Source: Saccostrea cucullata
Taxonomy: Eukaryota
Direction: 5' to 3'
Length of the DNA: 64,000 bases
Assembly (NCBI RefSeq): GCF_032062105.1
Contig: NW_026931011.1
Coordinates: forward strand, 186,001-250,000
In this document: in pieces, positions 28,201 through 41,900 of the stretch
How the letters are laid out: the number at the start of each line of letters is the position of its first letter
How positions within the stretch are numbered: position 1 is the stretch's first letter
The notes under the pieces: generated by a model
Told to the model about the DNA's origin: nothing
Databases searched by the model: none
What the model saw: the letters and a program-made list of their open reading frames with translations, nothing else
Position numbers and translations under genes: made by a program

Positions 28201-30149
28201 GTCAATATGCATGGACATCAAATTTAAAAAGAATCAGTGGCTAAGCCTATAGAGGAAATATCCCCTCCCCTCCTATCATTTGTTAATAAGAGATGCAGGG
28301 TCGTAACTTTGTTTTTGAAAAAGTGTTGGGGGTGGGGGATCCATTTGCCTGAAAAAAAATTGCCCAAACTCGAAAGAGGGAACTTCCGACTTCTTTTAAA
28401 AACGTTTTTTTTTAACTCATACCTACTACATGTACATTACGATATTTGTATGCAGCAACAAAAAGTGGGGGGGGGGAACCGGACTTTCAATTAACATTCT
28501 AGTAAAAGTTATGTCTGGAAAAAGTGGAGAAAGGGCCTACCGGGTCCCCATGATGCTAAGTGTCTGGATATGCAGACCCCGGGCCGTGACTGCGACAGCG
28601 TGTGTCTAGAGAGGATAAAATGCTTTTCACTGAAAGACCCCGAAATAGGCCGTGGACAATGCGACTTTTTTTTTTTTGCTTGTCAGGTTATTTTGTAGGT
28701 CTAAAAAAATTCTTACACTTAGCCCCCCCCCCCCCTTACTTTTATTTACTCCCGACGCCAATGCAATACATATTCCGTACGAATCCAAAAGAAGTCATAC
28801 CAAAGCTGAAGATAGTACAATTTTTAAAAATAAAAAAACGTATGAGGGAGTAATTAACATTACCTTTGTGCTATTATTTTACTGTCACTCAAAGTGCACA
28901 TAATTTGCAGGCCCGTGAGAAGCAATTTAGTTTTGTTAACGATGGGTAACCTGCGTCACCTTTCAGAGTAATCAGTGGACTCGTCCAAAGACTTGCGGCG
29001 AACGATTCCTACGCTAAGAGCGCGAAATCTCTGTATGGAAACTGTTGCGGCTGCGGAGCTTCACTCATTGTTCATTCGCCATAGAAAAGAATCCAACATT
29101 TAACACTTAAAAAAAAAAAACTTCATTTTTGCGGGAAATTCGAGGGGCTTAGTTATCTAAAACGATTGTCATTGTATCATCTGAGTAAAAAAACGCGGGA
29201 AATTCCGTTGTCAACGTTTTGCTTACTCGCCCTAAAAACGAGAGAGCAATGGTGAAATGGACTAGTGCACAATTCACTTTTCAGGATGATAGCCTGTTTT
29301 CGAGAGGTATGCACCTAGACGTGCTCTGAACAAATAATCTTAGTTTTTCTTTCTTTTTCATACACATTCAAATTATCTATACACTTGTGAATCAGAAATT
29401 CCAAATTAAGTACATGTTTATTTTCTTACTCTTACTGCAGCTCCAGAGAAATAAAAAGAATGAAATAATTTCCATGTTGTAATTCTCTTATTCAACTAAA
29501 AGAGACAATTTGAAAAATGTGTTAACTCCAGTTAACAAGTAGTTTTACCTCTGAGCAAAAATGGTGCTCATTTAAAAAGTGCTAATTTGTTCACTAGAAA
29601 ACAAATTTTTATGCAGTTGATGTGTTTGAAATGCACATTTCTTCCTTAAAATGAAATACAAATTGATAGAACTAGTGATAATAGAAAATGTCTCACAACT
29701 CCCTCCCCTTACACACAAAAGTATGTTGTATGATTGAAATCACACTCCTTCCATATTAACCATACAAAGCATATAAAATATCAAAAGTTCATATAAAGTG
29801 AAGAATCAAATTTTCCATTCAATTCACACAATACACTAGAGGAGAACAATACAAATCAAATATCCTCTTAGATCAGTCAACTTTTATTGTTATATTCTGA
29901 AGCATGATGAGAAACTGAAGTAAACCCTAACACTGATCATAATCATATAATATATATGATCATTCTCAACTATAATCCATCATACATACATATCCCTATT
30001 TAAAACTAAACATACATGTAGATGGCCAACATAACAAGATAAAATAGTGTACTGCCATTTGGGAACTAAAACAAAATCACAGACATAACAAAATCATATA
30101 TAAACATCAGTAAACTAAAGGAATGCATAAAAAATAACCCTGATATATC

Positions 30150-33100
30150 CTACTGTCTGAGTTTTATAAACAGAATAATTGTAGCTATGGTGAGCATTAT
30201 AAACCCGAGGTATCCAAAAGATTGAAAGCCATACTGCTTCAGTAGATATCCCCCAACAGTAGGAGAGATTGTCCTTATTAAAGAGTTAACAGCCATGTTC
30301 AATCCCAGCATCGCTCCTAGAAAATAATAAACAAGACATTTTACCTTATATTGACAATTTTATTATTTTTATTAATATGTCAAGACAACTGTGTAAAATT
30401 GTCCTCCTGTGTGAGTATAAATTTTGTATAAATAATAATATAAATTTATATAAAAAAAATGTAAAAGGATGTATGTATTGTCATTTGTCAGCTTATCTCT
30501 ATGTCAAAAGAACTTTTTAATTCAACTAAATCATTATAGATAATATATGTAGTTATGAGTTATCTTTCCTGATTATCTGTATCCTGGTCAGACACCGTTT
30601 TTGTGAGGGCACTGCTGACTACAATATTTTGTAATGAGTTATCTTTCCTGATTCTATTGTGACCGTTTTTGTGAAGGCGCTGCTGACTACAATATTTTGT
30701 AATGAGTTATCTTTCCTGATTACCTGTATCCTGGTCAGACACCGTTTTTGTGAGGGCGCTGCTGACTACAATATTAGAGGAAGCCAGTCCCACAACTAAA
30801 GGAGCCATGACTACACACAACTGGAAAACATCTGTTACAAAAGCCTGAAAACAACAGCATGCAAGCCATTAATTTACTTAATAAATTCATAATTGGATCA
30901 CAAGTCTCAATACCTGTGTGAAATGTACTTACAAGTGCTAAATAGGACCAAACTAGAAGAAATGATGACCATTTGAGTATGTCATTTTCTGAGAACTTCT
31001 TTGTTAATATTCCAATGCCAAGACCTTGTACAATCTGAAATGAATTGTGAAGTAAGAAAAGACAACTCTTCTACTTTTGATGTCTCATTCAAATTCAGAT
31101 TTAAGGTTCAGTGTATTACCATAGTTAAAATTCCAACATAAGATAATAAATAGCCATTCTGCTCTGCAGGTAGTTTAAAAGTTTCCAAGGCAACAACCGA
31201 AAACATGCTTTGGAAAACTCCAATTGGCAGTCCTGTAAAATACAGCATAAAGTAAATCTCAGTAACTTGGGAGGATTAATACATTGTCCATTTAATTTTT
31301 TCACCTGTTATTTTACAATTTATTGACCCTCTCTACACCAGTGCAAAATGTTTTTTGAACATTGAGAAAAATATATTCTATAAAGATGTCAATTTTTAAC
31401 TTCTTTAATTAATTTTCACTGTATAGTGCGAGGCATTTACCCCCAGGAAAAATAATCAAACATTACACATGTATCAGAGAAAAAAAAATCAGTTGTGTAT
31501 TTCCATGGAGAAAGTGCATGTAAATAACATGTTCATTAAATTTATATTGGTCTACTGAAATGTAAAGAATACATGAATTTATTAAAAACTGTGTAATAAA
31601 CAATGTACTGTGAATTTATATATTTTATAATTTAGAAAAGTGAAAAAGTTTTACATTGAAGTTATAAATTAATTGTACTTGTGTCTTCGTGCACAAATTG
31701 GAATTTTTTTTGTTCAAAAGGGCATAACTCTGTCAAAAATGGTGTGATCATACTCAAAACATAACTTGACCTCATATTTCTTTTAATTTGAACACATATA
31801 AAATATTATTTCAAAATGTTTGCAACCTCTTTGAAATTGTTTGAAACTGCAAATAATTAGAATTTTTCCAAGTCCAAGGGGCATATCCCTGACAGTTATG
31901 GTGCGATCATACCCAAAACAGAACTTGACTTAGATATTCATCTGACTAATCTGTATACTAAATTCCGCGCCGCCATTTCAATATGTGCATCCTCTCCAAA
32001 GAAAATGAACAGAAACTGCAAATAATTGGAATTTTTCTAAGTCCAAGGGGCATAATTCTGTCAATTATGGTGCCATTGTACCCAAAACAGAACTTGACCT
32101 AGATATTCATCTGATATACCTGTATACCAAATTTCATTTCAGTTCACTTCGAAGGGGGGCATAAAAAATACCATAGAATCAGAACTCTTTAGTGTGTAGT
32201 GTAGAGAGGGTTCTTGCAAAATCCTGTTTAATTTAAAGGTTTATAAAGCTAAAAATTATCATTTATATCTAGCACTTTCCATCTGCTATACTTTTTCCAG
32301 GTAATTTTATGTACAGTGTATTAAATTCATCATTGTGTGACAGTGAAACTAAAATTTCCAGCCCTGTGACCCTAACCTGCCAGCATTCTGATGAAGAGTA
32401 AAAAGGGAGCCCCAGGAGCCATTATCAAGGAGAAGAGCTTCTTCAAACTGAAAACAGCTGAATCTGAACTCTCTGAAAATGAAAGTGAAATTATACTCTT
32501 CAACTTAAAGGTTTGCTCATTACTAAATTCAATTCAATTCATTTATTGACAACACCATCATACATTGGCATATAGTCATGAATACAACAATTAACATACA
32601 TAAAATAAAATATCAAAGAAAGCATATCAGGTTTGTTGAAGGTTTTCTTTTAATATCAAAGCACTTTTTCAAAAAGTTACAAACTAAATATGCAGTTCTA
32701 ATACTTGTAGGATTGATAATGTTGATAGTGTTGGTAGATGCAGTAGGTGACTCAATGATAATACATGTATAAGGGAATAAAGAATCAAACACATGTTAAT
32801 GTTAATTTTTGTTCTTACAAAAAGTTCATTTTAGCAGGGACCTATATACCAACGGGATAGGCAACTACCGCAAGTCTCGCAATATCTCGTAAGTCATGGG
32901 ATTTCGTAAGTCAACTTTAATTAATTATATCTCTAGACTAAAGCTATCACATATTTGAGATCAAATCCTTTAATTATCTGTCAAAAAATCATTCAAGATT
33001 TGTTTTTAGCACGTATTATACTCCTTATCTTCGTAGTAATTTTGTTTTATGCAAAATTAGCACATGCCCCAATCGGCCATATTTCCGAGAAATCACCGAT

Positions 33101-36100
33101 TTCGGTGTTTGTTTTCCTTATATTTAAATTATATTATTATTATGCTTTAAAATTTATTAATAAATCAATTCCAATACATAAAAGGAATAAATGATATTAG
33201 TCAGAAAACACCCTGTTTACTGGAAATAAACGTAGTTTGAAAAACTAAGTGTTGTGCGTGATGTTTTGGGTAAATAAACATGGCGATGAAGGAGTTGTCT
33301 ATCCCGTTAGTATTTAGGTCCCTGATTTTAGTTATGATTTGAAGTACTTCTGTGAAGTGTATATTTTGTTCTTATAATTAACAACCAGATCTCATGATTA
33401 TTTAAATTTAAATATTATTCTATAGATAACATTCATATTATTCCCATAGCAAATCAAAAGAAATATGCAATGAAATGATAAGGATAAATTTTGATTGCAA
33501 AAAATGAAAGCTTTGATTGATTTAATTGTTTTACCCTTTATATGTGACTTCTTTGTTCTCTTTGGCACAAACATCCACACAATGCCTATACTGACAAGGG
33601 ACCCAGCACAGGCCACAAAGGCAGCTGTCTGTTCACTGCAACACAAAAAGAATGAATTAAATTACCAGTGGGCAGTAATACTCACCTGTCTAATAGTGCT
33701 CTTACAGAAAGGAATAGTATAGAATATATAGAGCTCTTTTAAGAGTCATTCAAAATTCAGCCTATAGTCAGCTGTAATTTTAAAAGTCTTGAATGGATAT
33801 TACTGCAGATAATGACACTTGCATATTAGTGTTACAAATCCAAGTTCTATAGGGGTATTACTCTGAAGAAACCAATGAAATGTTTTCCAAATATATTTAT
33901 GCATATCTTAAACAACTGAAGGTTTGTTTGAACAATTACTGAGTCTCTCAAATTTGTAAATATGGCCATGACAAACACCTCTCTCCATAAATAACTGAAA
34001 AATAATGTTTTTTCCAATTATTTCTGCTTAGGCCATAATAAAAATATTCCTAGATTCTCATCCCCGCCCGCCCCGATTTTATACTCCCGCCTCGATTTTT
34101 TTTATTTCTGTTTTTCTTCGTCTTAATTCTGATCAGGATCGGTATTCATCTACCATTCTACTTTCATTTTTAATCCCGCGAAAGTCGACATGATTTTGAT
34201 GGCTGAAAAGATGGTAATTGCTGTAATACATGCGTATATATTTTAAACAAGGGTCATTGGTTGAAAAAGATTGGTGATGATGTGAAGTGAGAGATAATTG
34301 AACCCTTATTATGACTTTTTTCGGGTATTATAGATAAAATTACACACATTGACCAGGTCAATAAAAAATCTGCAAAATTGAAAAAATAAAAAAATATAAA
34401 ATAAAAGCCGCCCGCCCGCCTTGATTTTTAAAAAAATTCGAATGAGAATCTAGCAATTTATTTATTATGGCCTTAATAAGTTTATATTAACATTCTCAAT
34501 TTTGGAATTTTCACATTTTCTTTAGTCCTGGTAGATTGTCTTTGACCTTCATCCCATGACTGTTTATCATACCTGAAGTATTTGGTCACTAATCCTCCTA
34601 GAAATGGGCCAATCACCATGCCCACTCCGTATGACAAGCCCAGCTTGCCCAGAGCTGCTGCTCTCTGTCCTTCCTCACCCATATCTGTCACAATCATCTG
34701 CCCACCTGTCAAAGATAACAATCATTGGTATCCTGTTCAAATCTGTATATATTTTAGTTGGATGCTCATTTGAGTTCATAATGAGAGGCATTAGGTCCAT
34801 GAGCCACACCAGTCACCAGTGTCAGCATAACCTTGTTTTCCCCCTATCTATTCCAATGTAAAACACTACCTGGAGATGCTTCTACCCCGGTAAATAAATA
34901 CGGCTAATCATTGAAAATAGACCCATGATTCTTGAGTAGAAGTTAGAAGTTAAGAATGCTAAAAGTTTTCATATGGACAGTGCATAAGACATGAATTTGA
35001 GTAATTATTAAGATAAAAGAAATCAAATGTATGAAGGAATACCAGTTATTTTTAGTTCAACTGTTTTAATTTCATGCTGCAAGAAATTAATTTAAGTTTC
35101 TTTTAAGCATTTAAATATTTTTAAAAACTAATGATAGCATTCATGATGGGTTTCATTTCACAGAAAAATGATAAATCACGACACATAGTGAAATTTAAAC
35201 CAACATGAATATTTGCCAATCTACAGTATGAAGGCCAGGTGCCTGTTAAGTTCAAGACAACAGACTAGTAATTATTTAATTAATCCAATTTTTGATGGTC
35301 AAGTAAAGCCACTTAAACATAACATTTAAAACCAAAATATAAAATTTTCATAGGTAGACAAAACAGTGAAAATTAAGACCATATCATATCTCGTCTGATA
35401 AATATACTAATGTACAATCTAGTAGTCACACTCTGTATCAAGTTTTAAACCCACCTTGCATAGCATGCATGAAAATGGACGGCAGTCTGGATAGAAAAAG
35501 TGAAAAGAAATTGTCAGCTATTCCCAGCAGGAAGTAGGAAGCTGATGCTGAGGCAAAGGCCAGGGCCATGGCTGCTCTCCCCCCAAACATGTCTCCAAAT
35601 CTCCCATACACTGGACCCCCACATAACTGGACCACTGCAAATGTTGTCTGAAGATATCCAAAGAATACTGGATCCACCCCAAGCTTCTTTGTTAAGTACT
35701 GGAAATAAAACAAAAAATAACTTTATCACGTGCTGCTACTTTAAAGAAACATTAAGACTGATTTTAAACAAAAAAAATTAAAAATAAATTCTGTAGATGT
35801 ACTTTTTTTCTTAGAGAAATTTTTCTACCCTCTGTGCACTGTCAAAATTTTTATGCAGATTTTTTTTTTTTGCAATGTTCTTGAAATACACTTAAAACAG
35901 GGCTCACACTGGACCGAAAATATTTTTCGCCACTTTTCGTGACACAAGCTTTAAGGAAAGGCATACTTACATCTGATTTCTCGACAATGCAATTCACTTT
36001 TTGTTATTCAATTTTTTTTTTATTATGTTTATCTGACACAGACATAATTGTTTTAAAATTGTAATATTTAAAGCTTATGGTAGTATCCATTTAAAAAAAG

Positions 36101-38314
36101 AAAAAAATTAATATTGGAACAACACAATTAATTTGATAATTGTATTGATATCAGCCAACTCTTGACAGAAAATGTCCTCTTGTTTATATATTTTTTTGGC
36201 CTGGGAAGGAGGGGGGGGGGGGGGCTACAGACCTAGTAAAAATAGGACATTTTCTGAAAATGGAAATTTTCATCATTTCATTAATTAATTGTGAAAAGAA
36301 GTAAATTAAAAAGTAATGAAAATTAGGTTTGAAACTTAACAACTTGGAAACTCCAGGGTTTAATATGCAAGCTCATTTTATTGTAAATAATGCAGTGTAA
36401 TTTACTAACTAAAGATTATTCTGTTTCCAAACCAATTTCTTTTTAACTCTGGTATATTAATGTACACATTTTTCAAATTTCAGTAGGTAAAATTTGAAGC
36501 CATTCTTTACAATTTTCGTCATGTTTCCCTACTTTCGGTTTTAAAAAAACGATCTACATAGATCCAGATTTTGTTGATAAAAATCTTTTATTTACTAATT
36601 TCATCTCCCAATAACACTTTATCCCCCCTTGTTTACTCCAAATTATATTATTTCAAGCAATTTTGTAACCCTTTATTGCTCCAGGCTAGTTACCTAGTCA
36701 GCAGTGTTCGTTCAAGCGAGACGTGATTTCCTACATGTAGGTTTCAGTTTTCACACCTCTGCTGCATTAAGTAAACAAAGGGACTTATCTGTGTACATTG
36801 AATAAACAAAGGAGCTAACCAGGACTACACAAATTTTGTACATGGTACATCTAAAAAATTCATTTTCGCCACTTATGAATTTCTTTTCGCCACTTTTGAA
36901 AAAAATTCGCAATTGGTGACAATGGCGAATCACAGCTCGAGCCCTGACTTAAAACATTTAAAATCAATCCATGATTTTTACTCAAATAGAAAACAGGAAT
37001 TGCAAGTACATTTATAGTACTTGTTTGTGTGGAGCGTCATAGAATAATTTTTACAACTGTTTAGACTCCAATGGAGTCAGCAATAACCTAAACTTAGTGT
37101 TGCCATTGAAATTTAAAATGTCATGATGTGAATATTTGGGTAAATTAGAAAATTTGAGCTCTTAAGTTTATGGGTTTTTCTTCTATAATCAGACATAAAT
37201 ATATACAATTAAATGTCTGTGTTTGTTGATACAGGATTTATTTAACAGTTGCATTCAGTGCAGAAAAAGTTTACATATCTTGCTTATGAGTCAAATCTTA
37301 TTAAACATTTGTATTTTGTAATAATTGTTTTGAAAGAAGTACAGAAAATTGAAAATTTTGCAAAAGTTATGTCCCTTTGCAAAGTGAAAAGGGCGATGCA
37401 ATATATCCGCTTTACACTATCAAATATTTGGAAGTGTTCAGATAAAACAACATTTAAACAGAAATTCTTGCAATGTACACGAATTTGTTGCATATCATTG
37501 GGCAACAAAAGTAATTTGAAATGCAAGCATTTTTCTCTGCCAAAAGACAATGTTGCTGATCAAATAAACTAATGTGAGCATTCTATGCTAGTTAGAATTA
37601 TGAAACTGTGTCTTGGTACAAGCCCTCACCACAGTTAGAATACGTCCCATATACTTGCAATGTAGCAAATCGGAGCGGATCCGCTCCGAAACGATTTTGA
37701 AGAATATAAAAGGATTTGCACTGGAAATAACTACCAAATTAATCAAAACAAACCTTTTTGAGATTGCTTATGCCTTTTATCCCAGAAAATAATCCATCTA
37801 AAGACGAAAATCCAATTAATTTTCTCAATGTTTTTCTCTCGCTTCAAATTTACCTGCCATGTTTACATTCGGAACTCTCTAGATTGTTCGTAGTAAATGC
37901 ACCGAGTTATAGTGAGTACGAGTTATCACCCATGTTTCTTTTGCTACATTACGAATATATGGAACGAATTCTATCGTTAAACCGGGTCTGTAGGACAATA
38001 TCATTTTAACTATAGAATGTTCTATCTAATTCTATGCCTTCACCATCCTAAAAATGACATCAAGGGACATAACTTTTGAAAAGATTTTTTGAAGACTTTC
38101 TTACAGGCAAAGTGCCTATTTGTATCCAGAAGCATGTCGCATATAGGAAGATGTTGAAATGGGTACTAAATATGACTCTGTTAAATTTCCATTTCCCAAT
38201 TTGTACTTCATTGGTAGAATGCGGAAGTTGGGTGTTTTTCTCAGATACTTCAGTGGGAGCATCTCCTCCCATGTTGTCTAAGCGTTTTCTCCTTGCTCGC
38301 GATCGAGTTTCCAT
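30150..38314 (-). CDS. SLC22A18: Solute carrier family 22 member 18-like MFS transporter, 428 aa
   Basis: Minus-strand exons 38314-38105, 35698-35455, 34705-34573, 33635-33535, 32472-32377, 31232-31120, 31034-30933, 30844-30724, 30316-30150 (1287 nt, TAG). MFS motif A GRFGDMFGGR, plus LGVDPVFFGYLQTTFAVVQLCGGPVY, RAAALGKLGLSYGVGMVIGPFLGG and KTVSDQDTGAMLGL, all resembling vertebrate SLC22A18. Confidence 0.92.
30555..30775 (-). repeat. ~79-bp tandem triplication of the 3' end of SLC22A18 exon 8 plus donor region
   Basis: Units start (+ coordinates) at 30555, 30634 (net 11 bp shorter) and 30702. Each is 52 nt of exon plus up to ~27 nt of intron; only the exonic copy keeps GT. Confidence 0.9.
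31700..32167 (-). mobile_element. Partial HINE-like element with ~160-170-bp units
   Basis: Three units AAGGGGCATAA...ACCCAAAACAGAACTTGACCTAGATATT, ending CACTTCGAAGGGGGGCATAAAAA (reverse of a TTTTATGCCCCCC terminus). Confidence 0.65.
32835..33324. mobile_element. Non-autonomous TIR DNA transposon (P- or hAT-like)
   Basis: ~32-bp TIR CAGGGACCTATATACCAACGGGATAGGCAACT / AGTTGTCTATCCCGTTAGTATTTAGGTCCCTG; 7-bp direct repeat ATTTTAG at 32828-32834 and 33325-33331. Confidence 0.85.
34031..34472. mobile_element. PIF/Harbinger-type (Tourist-like) MITE
   Basis: ~31-bp TIR GGCCATAATAAAAATATTCCTAGATTCTCAT / ATGAGAATCTAGCAATTTATTTATTATGGCC; TTA target duplication at 34028-34030 and 34473-34475; internal CCCGCCCGCC motifs. 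Confidence 0.85.
35898..36946. mobile_element. Non-autonomous hAT element
   Basis: TIR CAGGGCTC / GAGCCCTG; exact 8-bp TSD ACTTAAAA (35890-35897, 36947-36954); subterminal TTTTCGCCACTT repeats. Confidence 0.9.
37589..38028. mobile_element. Mutator-like (MULE) MITE in SLC22A18 intron 1
   Basis: 9-bp direct repeat ATTCTATGC (37580-37588, 38029-38037) flanking imperfect inverted termini TAGTTAGAA / TTCTATCTA. Confidence 0.65.
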
Positions 38315-38960
38315 GTTGCCACTTTGTGTACCAAACTGTTACTACAGAATAACATTACTGTCGTTTAAATTATATCAAGATTAACATTTGCAAACATTTA
38401 AGAAAAAGCCAAAGGAAAACAATTTTCCACGTACAAGAAAAATCGTCGATGTTATATGAAGGCTTATTTGTACTTATGCCTCTGCGCCTTTGAAAGAAGA
38501 ATTTTGTAGACTAAGAAAAACTACCAGAAAACGTGAATATTGTCGTAAAATAAGATTTGGAAAAATTAATATGTCTCGTATTGCATTCAGCGAAACGGAA
38601 ATTAATTCGACTTGATCTACATTAATAATTCTTTTATCAATAAGCGTAAACATTTATTTTTTCAAATTTAGAACATTTACGACAACCGAAAAATTTTATA
38701 CAAAACAAACATGTCACATGATAGTCAGAAAGTAGGTAGTGTGTATAGTATAGATAGATAACGGCGGCATCTATGACTTAGACTCTCAGGGAGGAGACAG
38801 GAGGTGCATCATGGTAAGTTTCAGTCATATAACTTACTCAGATTAAATAACCGCAGAACCACACTCTCATCAGCTGTTCAGAATTGCCCAATACCTTTGG
38901 ATGGTAACGTGACAATTTAAGACCTCTGATAGTCTTGAAGACGCGTCACATGACTTGGGG
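38315..38960. promoter_or_regulatory. Putative bidirectional promoter SLC22A18 (-) / Rab32 (+) with MITF/TFE-type E-boxes
   Basis: Divergent start codons at 38314 (-) and 38811 (+), ~500 bp apart; GTCACATGA at 38713-38721 and GTCACATGAC at 38945-38954. Confidence 0.6.
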
Positions 38961-41900
38961 TTAAGGTCAGAATATGGAATAAGTAAAGGTATATTTTGAG
39001 TTAGTTCGAGGAAAATTATTTCCTTCACCTTCCCCTTTTAACAATATATCATTATATGCAACTTCTACATATGCATGTATTTGCCATTTCCCAGTATATT
39101 ACTACAGTAAAATCCTATGTTGTATTGTTTTTTTACCTGCAGTTTTTTTTAATCCCATGTAAAGAAAAGCTTCAGAAACCCTCTTATGACATCAATTTAC
39201 TAAATGTAAATAAAACTACAAGTTTATTTTATTTATGTTTTAAAAATTAGAGCAGTTAGACACGACAAGCATAACCTGTTACCTGTATATTATACATAAT
39301 GTTCGGAAGCATAGATGACCTTAATCAATCACCTGTCTCAAGGCCTTGCAATCATTTTTGTGTTAAAAGGCATTATTTCAAGAACAGCCTTGTGATACTG
39401 CCCATGTGACTATACATTGTGTATTTCTGTTCTCTCATTCAGTTAATAGTAGACAGGAAAGCTTGCGTAAGAGTGGACTAAGACTTAAGTGTTGTGAGAT
39501 TTCTGATTTAATTTGTTCTAAAGTTAAGTGAGGGAGGTATTCATGACAATGGTAAGGGAGGGAAATAAGCAGCAGGTGGAAACCATTCCTAACGGACATG
39601 CACCTGTATCAGATATCCAGGTACTAAAAGTTATACATTGAATATGAGAAGACAGTGATTGATTATCTTGAATCTTCTTTTTTTTAAGGGTAATCTAAAA
39701 ATGTTTATGAAATTGCAATTCTTATGCACAGTTGATGTATTTTGAGATAAGATAAATAAACACATTATAATTAAAAAAAGGCTTCAATTTGTATGAACTG
39801 GAATTGATTGTACTAGTAGTAGTACGTACTGACATGTGGACACTGGAATAATATATCTTGATGTAGTAGTGGAATTATTTCTTAACTAGATACATGTCTA
39901 AAAGTTATGGCAACTGTTGGGAAAGATGTTCATAAATTTACCTCAGTTATAATTAAACTTAACTAAGTTAACTAGAATTTTCACAATGCAAATGGCAAAT
40001 CTGAAATTAGAGTTGCTACATTGTTGGGTAAGGAGATGGGATGGGATTGGGTGGGGGTAAGGTTGAAAGGAAGGCTTTATCAAACACTAAGTAATGTTTT
40101 CATACATTCATCACATAAAATCATTTTCCCCTAAATTAAAGAGCAGCTTACCTTGCATTTCTTACAAATACTGTAGTAGGTGTTTTCTTTTTTCAACTCC
40201 CAATGATAGCATAATTGATAAAAGGATTTTCGGAGTCATTTAATGAAATTCCTCAGCTGAAAAGATTCATACATAGAACTGTAGTCAACATTTATACAAT
40301 TAAGTTCAGTGAATGGAGTATATTGTGTGCTACTTCTTGTACTGCCCTAAGTTATCTTTCTTGTAAAGAGACTAGTTTCCTGTGGGATGGTGAGGAGATA
40401 GAATACATGTATAAACTTTTACTTACTGATATTATGATCAAACAATGAAGTTCTTTATTCCATCGTGATACGTAGACCCTTGTGCAAAAATGCATTTTAT
40501 ACTTTGGGGGATTACTTGTGTGCATGAGCAAGTATGAATGCCATTATAAATGTTAACTCGGATTTAATTCGGAAGGTAAATTTTGCTGCTGAACCCAGGC
40601 TTGAGTATTTTTTAATTAATCTGTTTGTGCACCCTTTCAGAATCATTGTTATACATTGATCAATTTGATGTGCATGATGAATCTGTTTTACTTTCTAATG
40701 TGCTATTTAAATCTGAGTTGACACAGCAGGTTATTTTGCCTATCATATACATGATATAGTATTTTTGCATAAAGAGATTGATTCACTTAACATTGATAAA
40801 ATTCCTTTCAAGTATTTTTTAGGCATGATTAATTTTATGTCTGCTGTTGATCTCTCGCTACATATATTATGAAAATCTTTTAAAAGTACAAATGTTTATT
40901 TTAGCGATTATCCTTGAATATAATGTGTGTCTCAGAATGTTTTTATATATTAGGTATACACTGTGCCTTGTGATGTAAGACTTGACTTAGCTGTGAACCG
41001 TTATAGAAGTGTATGATCCGTGTGCATCACCTTGAAATAATTATGTGGTCATCCTGTAATCTGAAATAAGATGACACAACCTATATATAATTTCCTCTTT
41101 TGTATATTTCTTGAAATTTGAATAATGTTCAAAAATGTAAAAAGTAGACGGTATAGCGATAAGCTCTGAAGTGAACTTTATGAACTAATGTATGGTACTG
41201 AGCATCTGAAACAAAATCTAGATAACATCATCATATCATAAGCTTTATTTTATTTATTTAATCATCTTATAAGAGTAGTACAAACAAACAATATCCCTCC
41301 ACCCTAGCTAACAGTTTTACTCGTGGAACTGACATGCTTTGAATTATCAAACATTGTAATTATGTGTTACCATTCTTCCTTTCACATGCAAATATCATGT
41401 TACGTTTACTATCTTAATATCCAGGGCAATGGTATACGGAAGTCATAAGACATAATTAGATAAAAAAAGAGTTGAGAGTGTCTGTATTTATGTGTAATGT
41501 TTAGAGGGAAGTCTTTTTAAAAAAATAAACGATTTCATTAATTATGAGCTTTCACTCTAACAGGCTTTTCATTATCTCATTATCATGTGATACACTATAG
41601 ATAACCATGTGACAAGTACTGGTGGTAAAAAAAAATATCATGCAATAATTAGTACAGAATATAAATATTGACGTCTGATTTCAAAAATTGTCACTTTAAT
41701 TAAGTTTATAGAAAAAAATTTCTCAAAAATATGTTTTAAAAAAGTAAGATTATGAGATTTACTGTGCCCTATTTCAAATGGAAGTACATGTGTACTTTTA
41801 TCCATACTTAAAAAAAAAAAACAATAATGAAACATATTCATAAATATTGTATTCCTCTAACAATGTTTGTATGTGCAAGCTAGATGATCACGTAATTAAT

